NCBI RefSeq assembly: GCF_030144855.1
Contig: NC_082720.1
Coordinates: 85,560,001 to 85,624,000 of the forward strand
Length of the DNA stretch: 64,000 nt
Reading direction: 5' to 3'
Source: Hypanus sabinus
Lineage: Eukaryota
The stretch's first letter is position 1, and each line of letters starts with the position of its first letter. Both the position numbers and the translations under genes were made by a program. The notes under the pieces are model-generated. The model was not told the origin of the DNA and did not search any database. It saw only the letters and a program-made list of their open reading frames with translations. Below, one piece after another: positions 1-13,358 of the stretch.

Positions 1-1176
1 CCTTAGAACACCTGAAGAATAAAGACGCATATGTAAGGCTCCTTTTCATTGACTACAGCTCTGCCTTTAATACCATAATTCCAAATAAACTGATTCCTAA
101 GCTCCCGAACTTGGGTCTTAGCATTCAGATCTGCAGCTGGATTTTCAGCTTCCTCACAGACAGGACGCAGGCTGTAAAAATATGGGACAAGTTCTCCTCT
201 ACAATCACTCTGAGCACCGGTGTCCCACAAGGCTGTGTACTCAGTCCCCTGCTGTACACCCATGATTGTGTAGCCAAGTTTCCATCGAACTCAATATATA
301 AGTTTGCTGATGACACCACAATTGTAGGCCGTATCTTGGGTAATGATGAGTCGGAGTACAGAGAGGAAATTAAAAACCTGGTGGCATGGTACGAAGACAA
401 TAACCTATCCCTCAACGTCAGCAAGACGAAGGAATTGGTTGTTGACTTCAGAAGGAGTAGCGGACCGCACAACCCCATCTACATCGGTGGTGTGCAGGTG
501 GGACAGGTCAAAAGCTTTAAGTTCCTCGGTGTGAATATCACAAATGACCTGACTTGTCTAACCAAGCAGAGTCCACTGCCAAGAAGGCCCACCAGCGCCT
601 TTACTTCCTGAGAAAGCTGAAGAAATTTGGCCTGTCCCCTAAAACCCTCACTAATTTTTATAGATGCACCATAGAAAGCATTCTTCTAGGGTGCATCACA
701 ACCTGGTATGGAAGTTGTCCTGTAGACCGGAAGAAGCTGCAGAAGATCGTGAACGTAGCCCAGCACATCACACAAACCAATCTTCCATCCTTGGACTCAC
801 TTTACACCGCACGCTGTTGGAGCAGTGCTACTAGGATAATCAAGGACACGACCCACCCAGCCAACACACTTTTTGTCCTTCTTCTCTCCAGGAGAAGGTT
901 CAGGAGCTTGAAGATTCATACGGCCAGATTTGGAAACAGCTTCTTTCCAACTGTGATAAGACTGCTGTACGGATCTGGGCCGTACCTTCCAAATATCCGG
1001 ACCTGACTTGCACTACCTTACTTTCCCTTTTCTATTTTCTAATTATGATTTATAATTTAAATTTTTATTATATTTACTTCGATTTGTATTCCAGGGAACA
1101 CAAAGCGCAGAATCAAATATCACTATGATGATTGTCACCAAACAATTGATACTAGAGTGTACAATAAAGTAAAGTA
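1..1176 (+). mobile_element. Rex1/Babar-clade LINE, 3' part (RT), decayed
   Basis: [47 protein letters not shown]; ends AATAAAGTAAAGTA. Confidence 0.88.
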
Positions 1177-1403
1177 TCTTTAAATAGCTGTTTCCAATTT
1201 ACTTAAGTGTTAGCTTGCTTGAGGAAAGTTGAGATAAAATCCCATGGAATTATTTAAAAAGGGAAATTAAAACTTTTGATGTTAGGCCAAAAATAGATTA
1301 TTTGATTTATATTTAACGTTATCAGCTGTGTACTGTGCTCAGTTCAAATTGACTGTTATATAATGCATTTACACCAAAGAAAAGAAGTCTTGGTAATAGT
1401 GAT

Positions 1404-1591
1404 CCAATCACAAGCAAGAAAATCAAAGCAGCATACACAAAATGCTGGCAGAACTCAGCAAGCCAGGCAGCATCTAAGGAAAGGAAATGCTTCAGTCCAG
1501 ATAAAGGGCCTCAGCCAGAAGCATTGACTGTACACTTCCATAGATGCTATCTGGCCTGCTTAGTTCCTCCAGTATTTTGTGTGTATTGCTT
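1404..1591. mobile_element. Penelope-derived fold-back element with a decayed hammerhead core
   Basis: Inverted arms (acacaaaatgctgg..catcta / tagatg..ccagtattttgtgt); 11-bp TSD gtaatagtgat at 1393-1403 and 1592-1602. Confidence 0.75.
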
Positions 1592-1730
1592 GTAATAGTG
1601 ATGGGAGTGAGGCCATTTCTAGTGTCCTGTTTGCTCTCATTGTAATTTGGAAGAAAATATTTCCCTTAGATTAAAACACAAACTGCTGACCTTGTACAGC
1701 AGATTATATGCATCTGTGCTGGCGAAAACA

Positions 1731-2620
1731 GTTCAAAGTAACTTTATTATCAAAGTGCATACCTGCCACTATATAAATCCCTGAGATTCATTTTCTTGTG
1801 GGCATGCTGAGTAAATCCAAGAACCATAATAGAATCAATGAAACAGCTCACCCAACAGGATGGACACACAACCAGTATCTACAGACAACAAACTGGGCAA
1901 ATGCTAAAGGTAATAAATAAGCAATACATATCGAGAGCATGAGATGAAGAGTCCTTGAAAGTGAGTCCACAGGTGCCCAGGACAGATCCTCTGAGATGAT
2001 AACGCCGAGGAATTTAACGTTGCGGACCCTCTCCTTCCTGATTTCCTCAAAGAGAACTGGCTCACAGATCAACAGTTTCCTCCTGAGGTCAATAATCAGC
2101 TCTTTGGTCTTGCTGACATTGAGTAAGAGGTTGTTGTGGCACCACTCTGCCAGATTTTCAGTCTGCCTCCTGTGTGCTGATTTGTCACCACCTTTGATTC
2201 GGCCAACAATTGTTGGCAAACTTAAATATGGCTTTGGAGCTGTGTTAGCCACACAGTCATAAGTGTAAAGTGAGTAGAGCAAGGGGCTAAGTGCACAGCC
2301 TTGTGGTGTACCTGTACTGATGGAAATTGCAGAGGAGATGTTGTTGCCAATCAAAAATGATAGGGGTCTGCAAGTGAGGAAATCGAGAATCCAATTGCAG
2401 AAGGATGTATTGAGGCCAAGGTCTTGAAGCTTATTGATTAGTTTTAAGGGGATGATGGTATTGAATGCTGAGCTGTAGTCAATTAGAGCATCCTTATGTA
2501 TGTGTCTTTGCTGTCCAGATGTTCCAGGATTGAGTGAAGAGTCAATGAAATAGCATCTGCTGTAATGGAGTGGATCCAAGTTGCTTCTCAGGCAGGAATT
2601 GATATGTTCCATCATCAACC
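1731..2620 (-). mobile_element. Rex1/Babar LINE fragment, internally deleted
   Basis: [41 protein letters not shown] on minus; 3' tail near 1731. Confidence 0.85.
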
Positions 2621-4746
2621 TCTCAGACTTTGATCTGATGATGTGTCATCGAAAATGGCTGGATAGTTTAGAGATGAAAGGTCATTGGTGTAAAACATTA
2701 ACTTTACTCTTTTCTACTGATGCTCCCTGAGTTGCTGAATATCTTCAGAATTAATCTGTTTTTACTTCAGACATTCTCCCTATGTGGTATTTTGAATTGG
2801 GCTTGCAATAAATGGTAACCTTGTTTACAGAGTGAACAGGAAGTATTAGAACTCTCAAAACTAAAATGAAAACTTCAAAACCCAAAGGTTTCTGTACCAT
2901 GACCAAACAGTTTTGATGATATCGTACCACTAGCCAGTGACTGCCCTTCTGTATTACAGTAAGCATTTCAGTATTTTTTTTAATACTTTCAGATTATAGA
3001 AAAAAACTATCACTCTAAAACTCATACCATTTTGTCTTTTGGTGAATGTTCTTTTGCCCACTTTGTCTGTGTTGATTGAGGTGCAAGCTCCAGTTCCTGG
3101 GTGGGATAAGATTGAAATTTTGCTTGCTTTTGTCATGATGTCAAAATTTAATTTTTAAAGTAAGTTTCTTTCCTGCATAAATATTGCAGAAAAGCCAGGC
3201 TAAGCTTATGGACATCAATTTAACTGTATTTTTAATATGCTTTAAATAAACATTGAATCTTCAGTGCATCACCTCTTGGTGTTAATAAGAACACAGCACA
3301 GTTTAAAAAATGGTAATTATTGTCTCAGCTTCACTTGTGGAAAAGCCCTGTCTTTTCCTGGGATAATGAAGTTTTATTTTTCTCTTTGTTACAATCAAAT
3401 GCACGATTGATTGCTCGGGTGAAAAGTTTTTGTAAATAAACTTATTGTAAATAAATTTCTTCATTGGTTTAGTTGTGTCTACAATGGAAAACCCACACTT
3501 TGGCCCATAGTGTGCAGTTTTGCTGTGACATTGGGAAGGGAAAATTGACAAAAGTTGTTACCTTTTGATTGTTATTTAACCCCTCATACCCCAGAAATGT
3601 ACTACACTGGCATGAGATGAGTTGTACTGTTTGTTCTTGTAGTAAGTAAATAGCACTTTGTAGAGGGCAAGTGACAAACTGATGTTCTTTTGAATGATAT
3701 TAAAAGGAACTTGTCTCTTTGTAGAGATAAAATTGGTGAAAGGTTAAGATAATTGCTTTTTGACAGTTACTGATTTACTAGCGGCCTGGTTAAATATGAC
3801 ACTTGCTGTGCAGATTGTTGATTAGAATAGTATGTTAACTGATTAGACATTTGAACTGGGTTAATTTGATCAACCTTTCCAAATAAGTTTTCAAGAAGTT
3901 GGTGCTTTACATCTTGTGTCATAAGTATCAGATTTTTAAATGTCTCATACAGGTTACCTTTAGAGATGGTACTTCATCACTTGATGTTCAACAAATTTTT
4001 AATACAGTTTGTGCTATTCAAAATCTTCAACTTGGAGACACGTTTTGGAATAAAAGGCAATCAAGGGAAGCCATGTCAAGTTCTAGCATCGGATTTCTCA
4101 CTCCACACCATATTCTGTTTATTTCAAACTGGAACTTATATCACAGTCATTCATTAATTAGAAAACCAGAATTATAAATGGATATGAAAGCTATTTGTTA
4201 TAATTTAAATACATCCAAATCTTGAAAGAATTATTGTTGTTCTGGCTTCAATGTGATATAGTCTTGTTTATGCCATAAAAGTCAGTGTTTTCACTAAAAG
4301 ATAAAAACTGTATTCATCTTATTGGCTATTAACCACATTTTTTGGTGTTTCTAATAAGAGCTGTCCTTTCTGCAGATTTCAGAGAGTAAACTTTTATTGG
4401 AGTATGCTTAAATAATAGCCCTGGTAGAAATATGTACTTTGAATTTTATGAGATGTAGTTGGCAATATATAGTGTTCATTATTTAAGAAATTTAATAATT
4501 TTGTGAATTGAACCTATAAAGTTGCTGTTTTAACTTGTGCCACTTTGCAAAAGCATTTAGTTGTGATTTTCTGCTAAGCTGCAATTAAGCTAAAATCTTT
4601 TACCTCTTGTATCTTAACAATTTCAAACTTTTCTGAGACAAGCAAGGTTCCAGAAGCAATTTCCCTTGTAGGTTAAGTACAGCTAGGTCTGTTTTGTAAA
4701 TAGTAGAATGGTGTTCTAATATTTCTTTGTTTTTTTTTTCCCTCAG

Positions 4747-5340
4747 GTCCTGGTCCAAATCAATTGATGAGTCAAAATTCTTCCGTTCCCTCTGAGCAAG
4801 GGTATAATGTGGTTCCTCAACCACCACATATGCAACAATTGCCAGCAAAGAACTTTCCACAGGTCCCTGTTGAACAATATAAATATGAATATCAACAAAA
4901 TCTTCAGCCTGTTGGTAATATTCAAAGTGTGGGACAGACTGTCAGCAGACCTTCACTAAATGCTAACATCTTACAGAAGGGGAGCTCTGCTGGTGTACAG
5001 AGTGCTTCTATGGCTGAATATCCAGGATCTTACTCAAGAATGCCACTGTCTTCTCAAAGTTCATTTGCACCACCACCTGCCAATGCTGTTCCACCTAGAG
5101 CCTCACCCCTTCCACAATCAAACTGGCAGTTTGGTCCTCCACAACAATCCCACCCTGTTAGCCACCCTCCAGCAGGGATACAAAAAAATCACATTGTTTC
5201 AACTGAAGGAATTAGTCAGGGGCATATGCCTCCAGTGGCCACCTCTGCCTCCTATGGAATGGCAGGTCCAAAGCCAGCAATACCCTATCAGTATGGTAAT
5301 ATGTCTGGAAGGCCTCTAACTCAGAATTATGCAAACCAAG
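4747..5340 (+). CDS. SEC24A: SEC24A exon (equivalent of human exon 2), Pro/Gln-rich N-terminal region
   Basis: Acceptor ttttttttccctcag|GT, donor CAAG|gtaaga; 594 nt, phase 1/1; GPGPNQLMSQ..EQGYN..NWQF..YANQG resembles the SEC24A N-terminus as recalled. Confidence 0.88.
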
Positions 5341-5950
5341 GTAAGATAAAATTTATGCGTTGTTTTCCACGTGAAATATCGATGGTGTGGCTAGGGATTT
5401 TAAAAAAAGGAGTGCTGAGGGATTTTGTTCTTCCTTTCAGTCGTGGAGATGCCCTTATCTTCCAAAAAACTGTAATTTTGCTTTAGGATTAAAGTACAGT
5501 GTTATTCCTGGCAGGAGTTGTTGAAGCTGGATTTGGATGAAGCATTACCAAATTGAATGGTGGGACAGGCTTGTGGGGCTGACTGCCTGCTTCACCTTAT
5601 TTTCCTTTGATTGCGTTGCATATCCAAGCATTAACATTTGATAGATGTATGGAATTTCTCCAAAGTGAAGTTGGGGGATCAATCCTGTAATAACAATAAT
5701 GCTGTGTTTTTACTGAGTACAGTACATGTTGCTAATCAGAGGATTTTACATAATTTGCTGGCACTGCTTTTGGAGAGAGCAGATCATTTTGGTTTAAACA
5801 ACACTGATGTCTTTACAAATGATCTCAATACGGTATACGGTCATACTCTCAAGCTTTCCCAAATTCAAGAAATAATTAACTTTTTCCATGACTTTATGAA
5901 ATGGGGTTGTTTCATCTTTTGAAGATTACTTAAGAAATTCAGAGTATGTA

Positions 5951-6998
5951 TGACAGATTCCGGTTAATTGATGCAGCCGCTTATTTGGGACAACTCTTAA
6001 AGAACAAAAATTGAGGAAATAGCAGGGACTTCCTTTGCTGATTTAATACACTATGCCACTTAAATTGGGACAGCAGACTATTGCTGAGTAGTTTCTAACT
6101 ATCGTCAGCCACATACACTTGTGTGGCCGTTAGAGCTAACCATTTTTAAGTAGAGTCAGAGGTGTGTTTTTGAGTTTTAAAAAGCGGTTACTTTTGTCAA
6201 CGATAGTTTGTTAGAAATAAGCAGTGAAACATTTCCAAACTATTTTGCTCACTGTGTTTTCAAGCATTCATGCCAGAAATAGCCAGGAGTGAAAATGAAA
6301 CCATTTCATTACTTCAACAAGTTAGGAACTATGAAGAATTTGAAGGTGTTGACTATCATTCTGAATATTACCTTTGTATATCACTGGGCACTCTCAGCTG
6401 TGGCTCCAAGTAGCTGTTTACATGCAACAGTGGCCACACCCCGGTACACCGCTTTGACAGGCGGGCTAAACTAGGTGAGGGTTGCTGGTGGGTCTCGTAC
6501 CCCTGTGAGATAGGGACATGCCTGTCCTCCCATGCAAGGTTAGCTCAGGCAGACTGGGATGAAATCTACGGTGAGATCCAATGGCCAGGAGTGCAACGCT
6601 GCACAGAGAGTGAAGAGCACGACAAGGGATATAAGTCATGGTCGTCCACTGCAAGCAAGGAAGACCCCAGTGATGAGGACGACTTGTACCATTGGACCCC
6701 GACTTCTGAGGTTGAGAGAGTGTAACTGCCCCAAAGCATCGGCTTTTCCACTTTAAAACTCTCTGCACAGGTGACCTATCATTGTCAAGTATGATGGGCA
6801 ACAACCAGTAGCATTGGCACTGTTCTAATTTGTTCTGTATTTCATTTCAATACATGATTTGTTACTCAGTTAAATGGTAGTTGGTTTTTTTTTATACCTT
6901 TTTAAATATCTCCATGAAACTTTGGCTATTTGGGGCAGCTGCTTAATTGTGCCAAAATCTACTGGTCCTGAAGTGTCCCAATTAACTGGAATCCACTG
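5951..6998. mobile_element. Non-autonomous Tigger/pogo-like DNA transposon interrupted by a retro-insert
   Basis: Ends gattccggttaattg / caattaactggaatccactg-TA are inverted repeats. Confidence 0.65.
6382..6808 (+). mobile_element. RTE-clade 5'UTR-like insert
   Basis: GC-richer block resembling the RTE (AviRTE-like) 5'UTR as recalled (gggctaaac.aggtgaggg, gtcatggtc.tccactgcaa, ggcttttccactttaaaactc); no ORF. Confidence 0.5.
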
Positions 6999-8040
6999 TA
7001 ATGAAAAGCAACTTCCCTTTTGAAGTATTCAGTTTAAAGCAAAAATGTAAAGGAATTGAAACAGTACAAAGTGCTGACCAGCTGCTTCCTGAACTATGTA
7101 GCTTGTAACATTGTCACAAAATGGTATTGTGCTGCACTGCTCACGGACTTGCTTCCCAGTAGAAAGTGAATGATTGTGGCATCTGTGTTCCTATGACCAA
7201 TGGGAATGAAAGCTTACTGATGTTGGGGATGATTGTCAACCACCTGTGATTGTCACCAGGCAATCATGCCAGTGTTCTAATGGAAGGGGCTGGGAAGGTT
7301 TTTTAACTTTTCATAATGTTTCTTTCAATGAATGAATAGTAAACTGAATAAGAATATCCTTGTGGTTTAATAATTTGGATTGTTTTATGTATAGTCAGTG
7401 CTTCTCGATTCCCTGTTGCAACCATTTGTGTGAAAAAAAATTTACCCTTGGAATTTGCAAATCGCTGCACAAAACCTTCAGGTATTACTTCCAAGTAAAA
7501 TTCATTGCCATGGAAGTTTGCAGAAGGAGAAAGATAGATAAGTCTACCCAAAAATTTTTTTCATCAACTTGCATTTCTTGATGTACATGCAGATGACGTG
7601 GCTCTGTCATGCACATGACAGAAAAACTAAGTCATCATTTTCTAAGAATGTATCCATCCCCCTTCCCAGTTAATATCTAGACTTGGAGGTGCTAACACAA
7701 TTTCTAACTTTGTGTGAAATGTGAAACTAAAAACAGGAAATGTTGAAAATACTCTGTGGGAATGTGAAGACCCCCTCATCAGAACAGTGAAGAAGAGAAA
7801 TGACACACTGAACTAGGACTGGAGAAGGGGATGGCTGCGGGTTTAAATGCAGGATGACTCTGAAGACTCTGGATGACTACACAGATAGAGCTCTTAAAGA
7901 TAGCGGAGTCGGGATATGGGGAGAAGGCAGGAACGGGGTACTGATTGTGGATGATCAGCCAAGATCACATTGAATGGTGATGCTGGCTCAAAGGGCCAAA
8001 TGGCCTGCTCCTGCTCCTATTGTCTATTGGTGATGAGCTA

Positions 8041-9542
8041 TAGTTGCAAGAAGAAGTTTGTGAACTCTTTGCGATTACCTGGTTTTTTGCATTACTTACT
8101 CATAATATAAGGTATAATCTTCAACTAAGTCACAGTAATAGACAAACACAATCTGCCTAAACTAATAACACACGAACAGTTGTACTTTTCATGACTTTAT
8201 TGTTAATTGTTCACAGTCTAGGCTGGAAAAAAATATGTGAACCCTTGTATTTAATAACTGGTAGAACCTCCTTTAGCAGAAATAACCCCTGTCAGGTGTT
8301 TCCTGTAGCTGCTGATCAGACTTGCACAATTTTAGTCTATCCCTCTACACAGAACTGTTTCGGTTCATCAACATTTCTGGGGTAACTTGCCTGAGCAGCC
8401 CTCTTCAGGTTATGCCACAGCATCTCAATTGGGTTAAGGTCTGGACTCTGACTTGGCCATTCCAAAACACAAATTTTCTTCTTTTTAAACCATTCTGTCG
8501 TTGATTCACTCTTGTGTTGTGGATCATTGTCGTGTTGCATCATTCAACTTCTAATGGCAAACTGCTGCCCTCATATTTGCCTGTAAAATACCTTGATACA
8601 ATTTTGAATTCATTGCCCCCGCAACGATTTCAAGCTGTCCAGGACCTGAGGTGGCAAAGCAGCCCCAAACCATAATGCTCCTTCCACCGTGCTTCACAGT
8701 GGGGATGAGGTTTTGTTGTTGATGTGCAGTACCCTTTTTCCCTCCAAATAGTGGTGTGCATTTCTGACAAAAAGTTCAACTTTTGTCTCATCTTTCCTCA
8801 GAATGTTGTCTCAGAAGCATTGTTGGACCATCTTTTGCAAACTTGAGATGTGCAGCAATATCTTTTTTGGACAACAGTGGTGTCCTTCCATGAACACTGT
8901 TTTCTTATAGTGGACTCATGAACAGAGACTTTAGCAAGTTCTAGAGATTTCTGCAGGTCTTTTGCTGTAACCCTTGGATTCTTTTTCACTTCAGTATTGC
9001 ACATTGTGCTCTTTGTCTGATCTTTTCAGGATGTCCATACTTGGGGAGAGTGGCAGCAGTACTGAGTTTCCTCCATTTGTAGACAGTTTCTCTTACTGTG
9101 GACTTATGAACACTCCGATCTTTAGAAATGCTTTTGTAGCCTTTTCTAGCTTCATGCTTCCCTGCAATTCTTCTAAGGTCCTCTGAAAGTGTGCACATAA
9201 ACAGATCTTTCTGGAGAGCAGGCCCTGTCAGTAACCTGACTTTGTGTATCTTTTTTTTTAAATAGAGCAGAGCCACACCTCCGAACTGGTCTCATTGATT
9301 GGAGCACCTGACTCCAAATAGCTTTTGTAGAAGGCATTACCCTAGAGATTCACAAACATTTTTGAACCTAGACTTTGATTGCTTAAATGGTGTACTCAGT
9401 ATGGACCAGAAGGAGTACTTTTGTTTTTATGTTACTAGTTTAGACAGATTGTCTATTTTTGTCACTTAGTTGAAGATCAGACCACATTTTATGTGTAATT
9501 AATGCAGAAAACCAGGTAATTGCAAACTTTTTCTTGCAACTG
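8041..9542 (-). mobile_element. Tc1 (DD34E) DNA transposon, decayed
   Basis: TIR agttgcaagaa..agtttg at both ends with long subterminal inverted repeats, TA flanks; HDNDPQH-(34 aa spacing)-WPSQSPDLNPIE; N-terminal GYKSISK. Confidence 0.92.
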
Positions 9543-10959
9543 TATATACAAAGTTACCTGGTTAATTAATGAATAGGAGCATTTTGACAGAGAGCATGAA
9601 TAAAAAGATGTTGAAATTGCAAAACGCAGAACAGAAAGATATGCCAGGCAGTCAGGGTGGGCATGACCTCCACTTAGGAGAATTAAGGGCAGGGGAACAA
9701 CAAGCTGAGCTAATATTACTATGGATCACTGACGCACAGTCAGAAATCAAATGCCTAAAGCCACAGAATTCAGTTAAATGTAGAAAACTGTATTGTCCCT
9801 AAATGAAAGATGGGGCTATGTTTATTAAGCTTACATGGGTATGTAACAATGCAGATAAGTATGCTGAATCTTTATAAAACACTAGTCCAATCTTATCTCA
9901 TTACATTTGTAGGAAGAATATGAGAGAATGGTTCCTGAGTGAGGCCCTACTGTTGCAAGGGTAGTTTGGAGAGGCTGGAACTGTTTTCTTGAGGGGAGAA
10001 GGCGGAGCAGAGATTTAGTAGTATATAAAAAACAGTGAATGGTCTGGAGAAGATGGATAATAGAAAGCTGTTTTCATTGGAGGTGTCAAAAATTTGAAGT
10101 AAAAGTATAAAATCATGACAAACAGAATTAAGAGTGAAATATGGAAAAAACACTTCCACTCAGCATGTAATTGGAATCTGGAAGAGCTCACAGGCCTACG
10201 AGAGTATTTGATAGAGATGATTGAATTAATGGATAGGCTACCAGTGGATGGAACAAGAGTTGCTCAAGGAGAGAGAAGTAAATTGATCTTCTGTGGTCAA
10301 ATCTAAAAGTCCAACAAAAACATTTCTATATTAGGGCACATTGATTTAGGGGAGCAGGATTATGCAGATGTCTTACTTTTATGATTCAGGTTAATGTTCC
10401 TTAGTTACACAGTTCAATTGAGATGCCATTTGGGGCAAAGGCAGTAAATATGGGTTCTCCAGACAAGTTTCTTAATGCACATCTAGATATTTATGAATAT
10501 TGACAAGAGTTCCTGATCCTTCACTTATTTCATAACTTGCGTAGCAATATCAATTCATGGATGTTCATACTCAGAACATGCATATTTTGATAGGTAGCTT
10601 GTTAGAGATTGAAATTTGTTTCCGCTAAAGACACAAAATAGTGCTTAAAATTTGCTTATATCTTATATACAGGCTAATAATACTTATTTAATTTTTACTG
10701 CAAGTTTTGACACTTCACTGTTTATTGCAGTTCAAGATCAGTTGGGTTGAGACTTGCACTGAATCTGTCTGTTAGGCTTTTAATGTAGTTTAATATCTGC
10801 CTGAAAGTTACTATCTTGTTAATTTGCTGAATTTTAGTTACAGAAATTAGTTTGGATTGTCTTAATTATGCATTTTAGATGTTTGCTTTCAACTGCACAT
10901 TTGTTAGTTTCATTTGTATTTGGGAGTTTGATTTCTCCTATCACAATGTGGATTTTCCT

Positions 10960-11655
10960 GGCCTTCCTCCCCTTTCTCTCTGTCTCCATTTCTGGAGACA
11001 AAGTATGGACTGACATCTTTTATTAAGTCTATTGATTCCCACAGTTATATTGACTATACCTCTTCCCACCCTGTCTCCTGTAAAGATGCTGTTCTCTTTT
11101 CTCAGTTCCTTCATCTCCGCTGCATCTATTCTCAGGATGCAGCTTTCCTTTCCAGAACATCAGAGATGTTCTCCGCTCAGGCCCCAAGCAGTCCTTCCAG
11201 GTGAGGGAACACTTCACTAGCAAATCTGCTGGGATTGTCTGTTGTGTACGGTGCTCTTGATGTGCCCTTCTCAAGTTTGGTAAGACCCATCATAAAGTGG
11301 AGGGCCACTTCTTTGAGCACCTCTGCTCCATCTGCCTAAAGCACAACTTCTGGGTGGCCAGACATTATGATTCTGATCCCCATTCCTGTTCTGAGATCTC
11401 AGTCCATGGTCTCCTGTTGTGCCATGATGAGGTGGAGGAGCAACACCTTGTAGTCAATCTGGGTAGTCTCCAACCTGATGGCATGAGCATCAATTGTCCT
11501 TCCAATATATGAAATCATTCCCTCTCCTGTCCTCTACCTTTCCTACCCATCTGGCTTCACCTATCCCCTTTTATCTATCCTTCTTCCCCTTGACCCAAAT
11601 CATCAGCTGTTTATTCATTTTCATAGATGCTGCCTGACCAGCATTTTGTGTGTTA
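10960..11655 (+). mobile_element. Penelope-like element remnant (GIY-YIG endonuclease plus terminal repeat)
   Basis: GPKQSFQVREHFT..GIVCCVRCS*CALL.FGKT..FFEHLCSI matches the PLE GIY-YIG pattern; ends in catagatgctgcctgaccagcattttgtgtgtt, the same arm as the fold-back elements. Confidence 0.8.
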
Positions 11656-12220
11656 TTCTTAATGTTGACAGTGCTTCTGTCACATGATGCTGTTGCTAAT
11701 TCAGCATAACCCTACTGATCCTGAGTTGATGTATACAAGTTACCCCTGCTATCTGAAGGTAGAGAGTTCCTATGAAACGGTTCATAAGCCGAAATGTTTA
11801 TTTATATGGGAAAAATTTGTGAGCGTTCCCAGACCCAAAAAAAACCTACAAAATAATGCCAAATAACACACAAAACCTAAAATAACAGTAACATATAGTA
11901 AAATCAGGAATGATATGATAAATACACTGCCTCTATAAAGTAGAAATATTTTTCTGCAATCATTGCAGCACTGTCTAGCGTTGCGAAAATCTCACTGCGT
12001 AGCAGAAGTACTCTCTCCAGTAACCTTTAAGCCAGTGGTCGCCAACTCGCCGATCACAATGGACTGGTCAATCTTTGAGACTTTCCCAGTAGATCCCAAA
12101 ACAAATGAAAAATAAATGCACAAATACTGTTGAGAGATTGTTTCCGGGTGTGGGGTTTTAGTTCTGTTCTTTTTGCCCAGTGCACATGCGCATAGCTCCC
12201 CTGCACGACATAGTGTACTT

Positions 12221-13112
12221 CAGTGGTCCCCAACCAGCGGGCCGCGAGGAAACAATATGAGTCAGTTGCACCTTTCCTCATTCCCTGTCAAGGCCACTGT
12301 TGAACTTGAACCCACGCGAGGTCATCAGTCACCTCAGTGATACCCTCGCGCCAGTCTTCGTCTCGTGCGGCCAGCAAGAACCGCTGATGCTACTGGCCTG
12401 GAGCGCGGCCAGTGGGAAGTGCCAATGCTACTGGCTCGGAGTGCAGACAGATGGGCGCCGCCTCTAAACCTGTTTACCACACCGAATGTTTGTGGGGAAC
12501 CTGGTGCTAAAATATTCGCAGACAACCTAATTTGGGCTCAAGGTTTCGTAAGTAGCAGAGCAGCTACCTTGCTGCGATCTACTGAAAGTCATCCATTGAG
12601 CCAAACTTTAGTCGGCTGATAGATCCTACAAGGGGGGACGGGCGTGGGCCTGTTGCATTCCTCGCTTGGTCGGACACTCTCTCCGGACTGCGACTGCCGC
12701 AGCCCTGGCACGGGGATCTCCTGCCCTGACCTTGTCCTCTCATCCCACCCACGACCTACCGCACTTGGCAGCAGGCGGGCAGAGGTTGGAGTTCGGGCTC
12801 GGAGGCTGTCTAATGAGGCAATGAAGCCCTCAAAGCTACTTCGGTACCCTGAGTCCAAGCACCCTGTACTTAAAGACGAACCCGCTGAGTTTTTTCTGCG
12901 GAAAAAACATGAGCAGTGCGGGACAGCAGCTAAGTGCCGAGAGCCACGAAAACTAAATTGTGGAATAGACTGGACATAAGGAACCTGCTTCGAGTATCAC
13001 TGTATTCCCATCGTGTTTAACACACCCCCCCCCCCCCCTTTGTCGGCTGGTCCGCAAGAATATTGTCAATATTAAACCGGTCCGTGGTGCAAAAAAACGG
13101 TGGGTACTCCTG
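12221..13112 (+). mobile_element. Inner hAT-Charlie element with a transposase N-terminal fragment
   Basis: Starts CAGTGGTCCCCAACC, ends ccggtccgtggtgcaaaaaaacggtgggtactcctg; encodes LSNEAMKPSKLLRYPESKHPVLKDEPAEFFLRK (Charlie/Buster type, about 12800-12910). Confidence 0.78.
12440..12613 (+). pseudogene. Diverged fragment of the 3' end of 28S rRNA inside the hAT element
   Basis: gtggggaacctggtgctaaa..ggtttcgtaagtagcagagcagctaccttgctgcgatctactgaaagtca..tttagtc is collinear with the recalled vertebrate 28S 3' terminus; 5' limit approximate. Confidence 0.85.
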
Positions 13113-13358
13113 GTGTTTATGCATTATTTCTACTTTCGGGTTGCGGGGTTTTACTTCCGGTCGTTTCTGCCCCAGTGCGCTTGCGTGTAACTAATCGATC
13201 CCGGGTCAATCTCGCCTTTCACTAAGGCCAAGGTAGGGGATCTTGGGCTTAAAAAGGTTGGTGACCACTACTTTAAGCTATGAAGCTGCTAAATCATACC
13301 AAATAACATATAAAAATACACAACCTATATAAAGTAGAAATAATGTACGTACAGTGTA

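Larger units (their letters stand above)
12033..13270 (+). mobile_element. Composite non-autonomous hAT-Charlie element
   Basis: TIR CAGTGGTCGCCAAC / GTTGGTGACCACTA; perfect 8-bp TSD ctttaagc (12025-12032, 13271-13278). Confidence 0.9.

Noticed and set aside
4764-5486. 240-aa ORF as a standalone gene
   Set aside because: It is SEC24A exon 2 reading into the intron past the donor at 5341; its start is a TTG inside the exon
12440-12613. Functional rRNA gene
   Set aside because: Only a short diverged 3' fragment inside a transposon; no other rDNA is present
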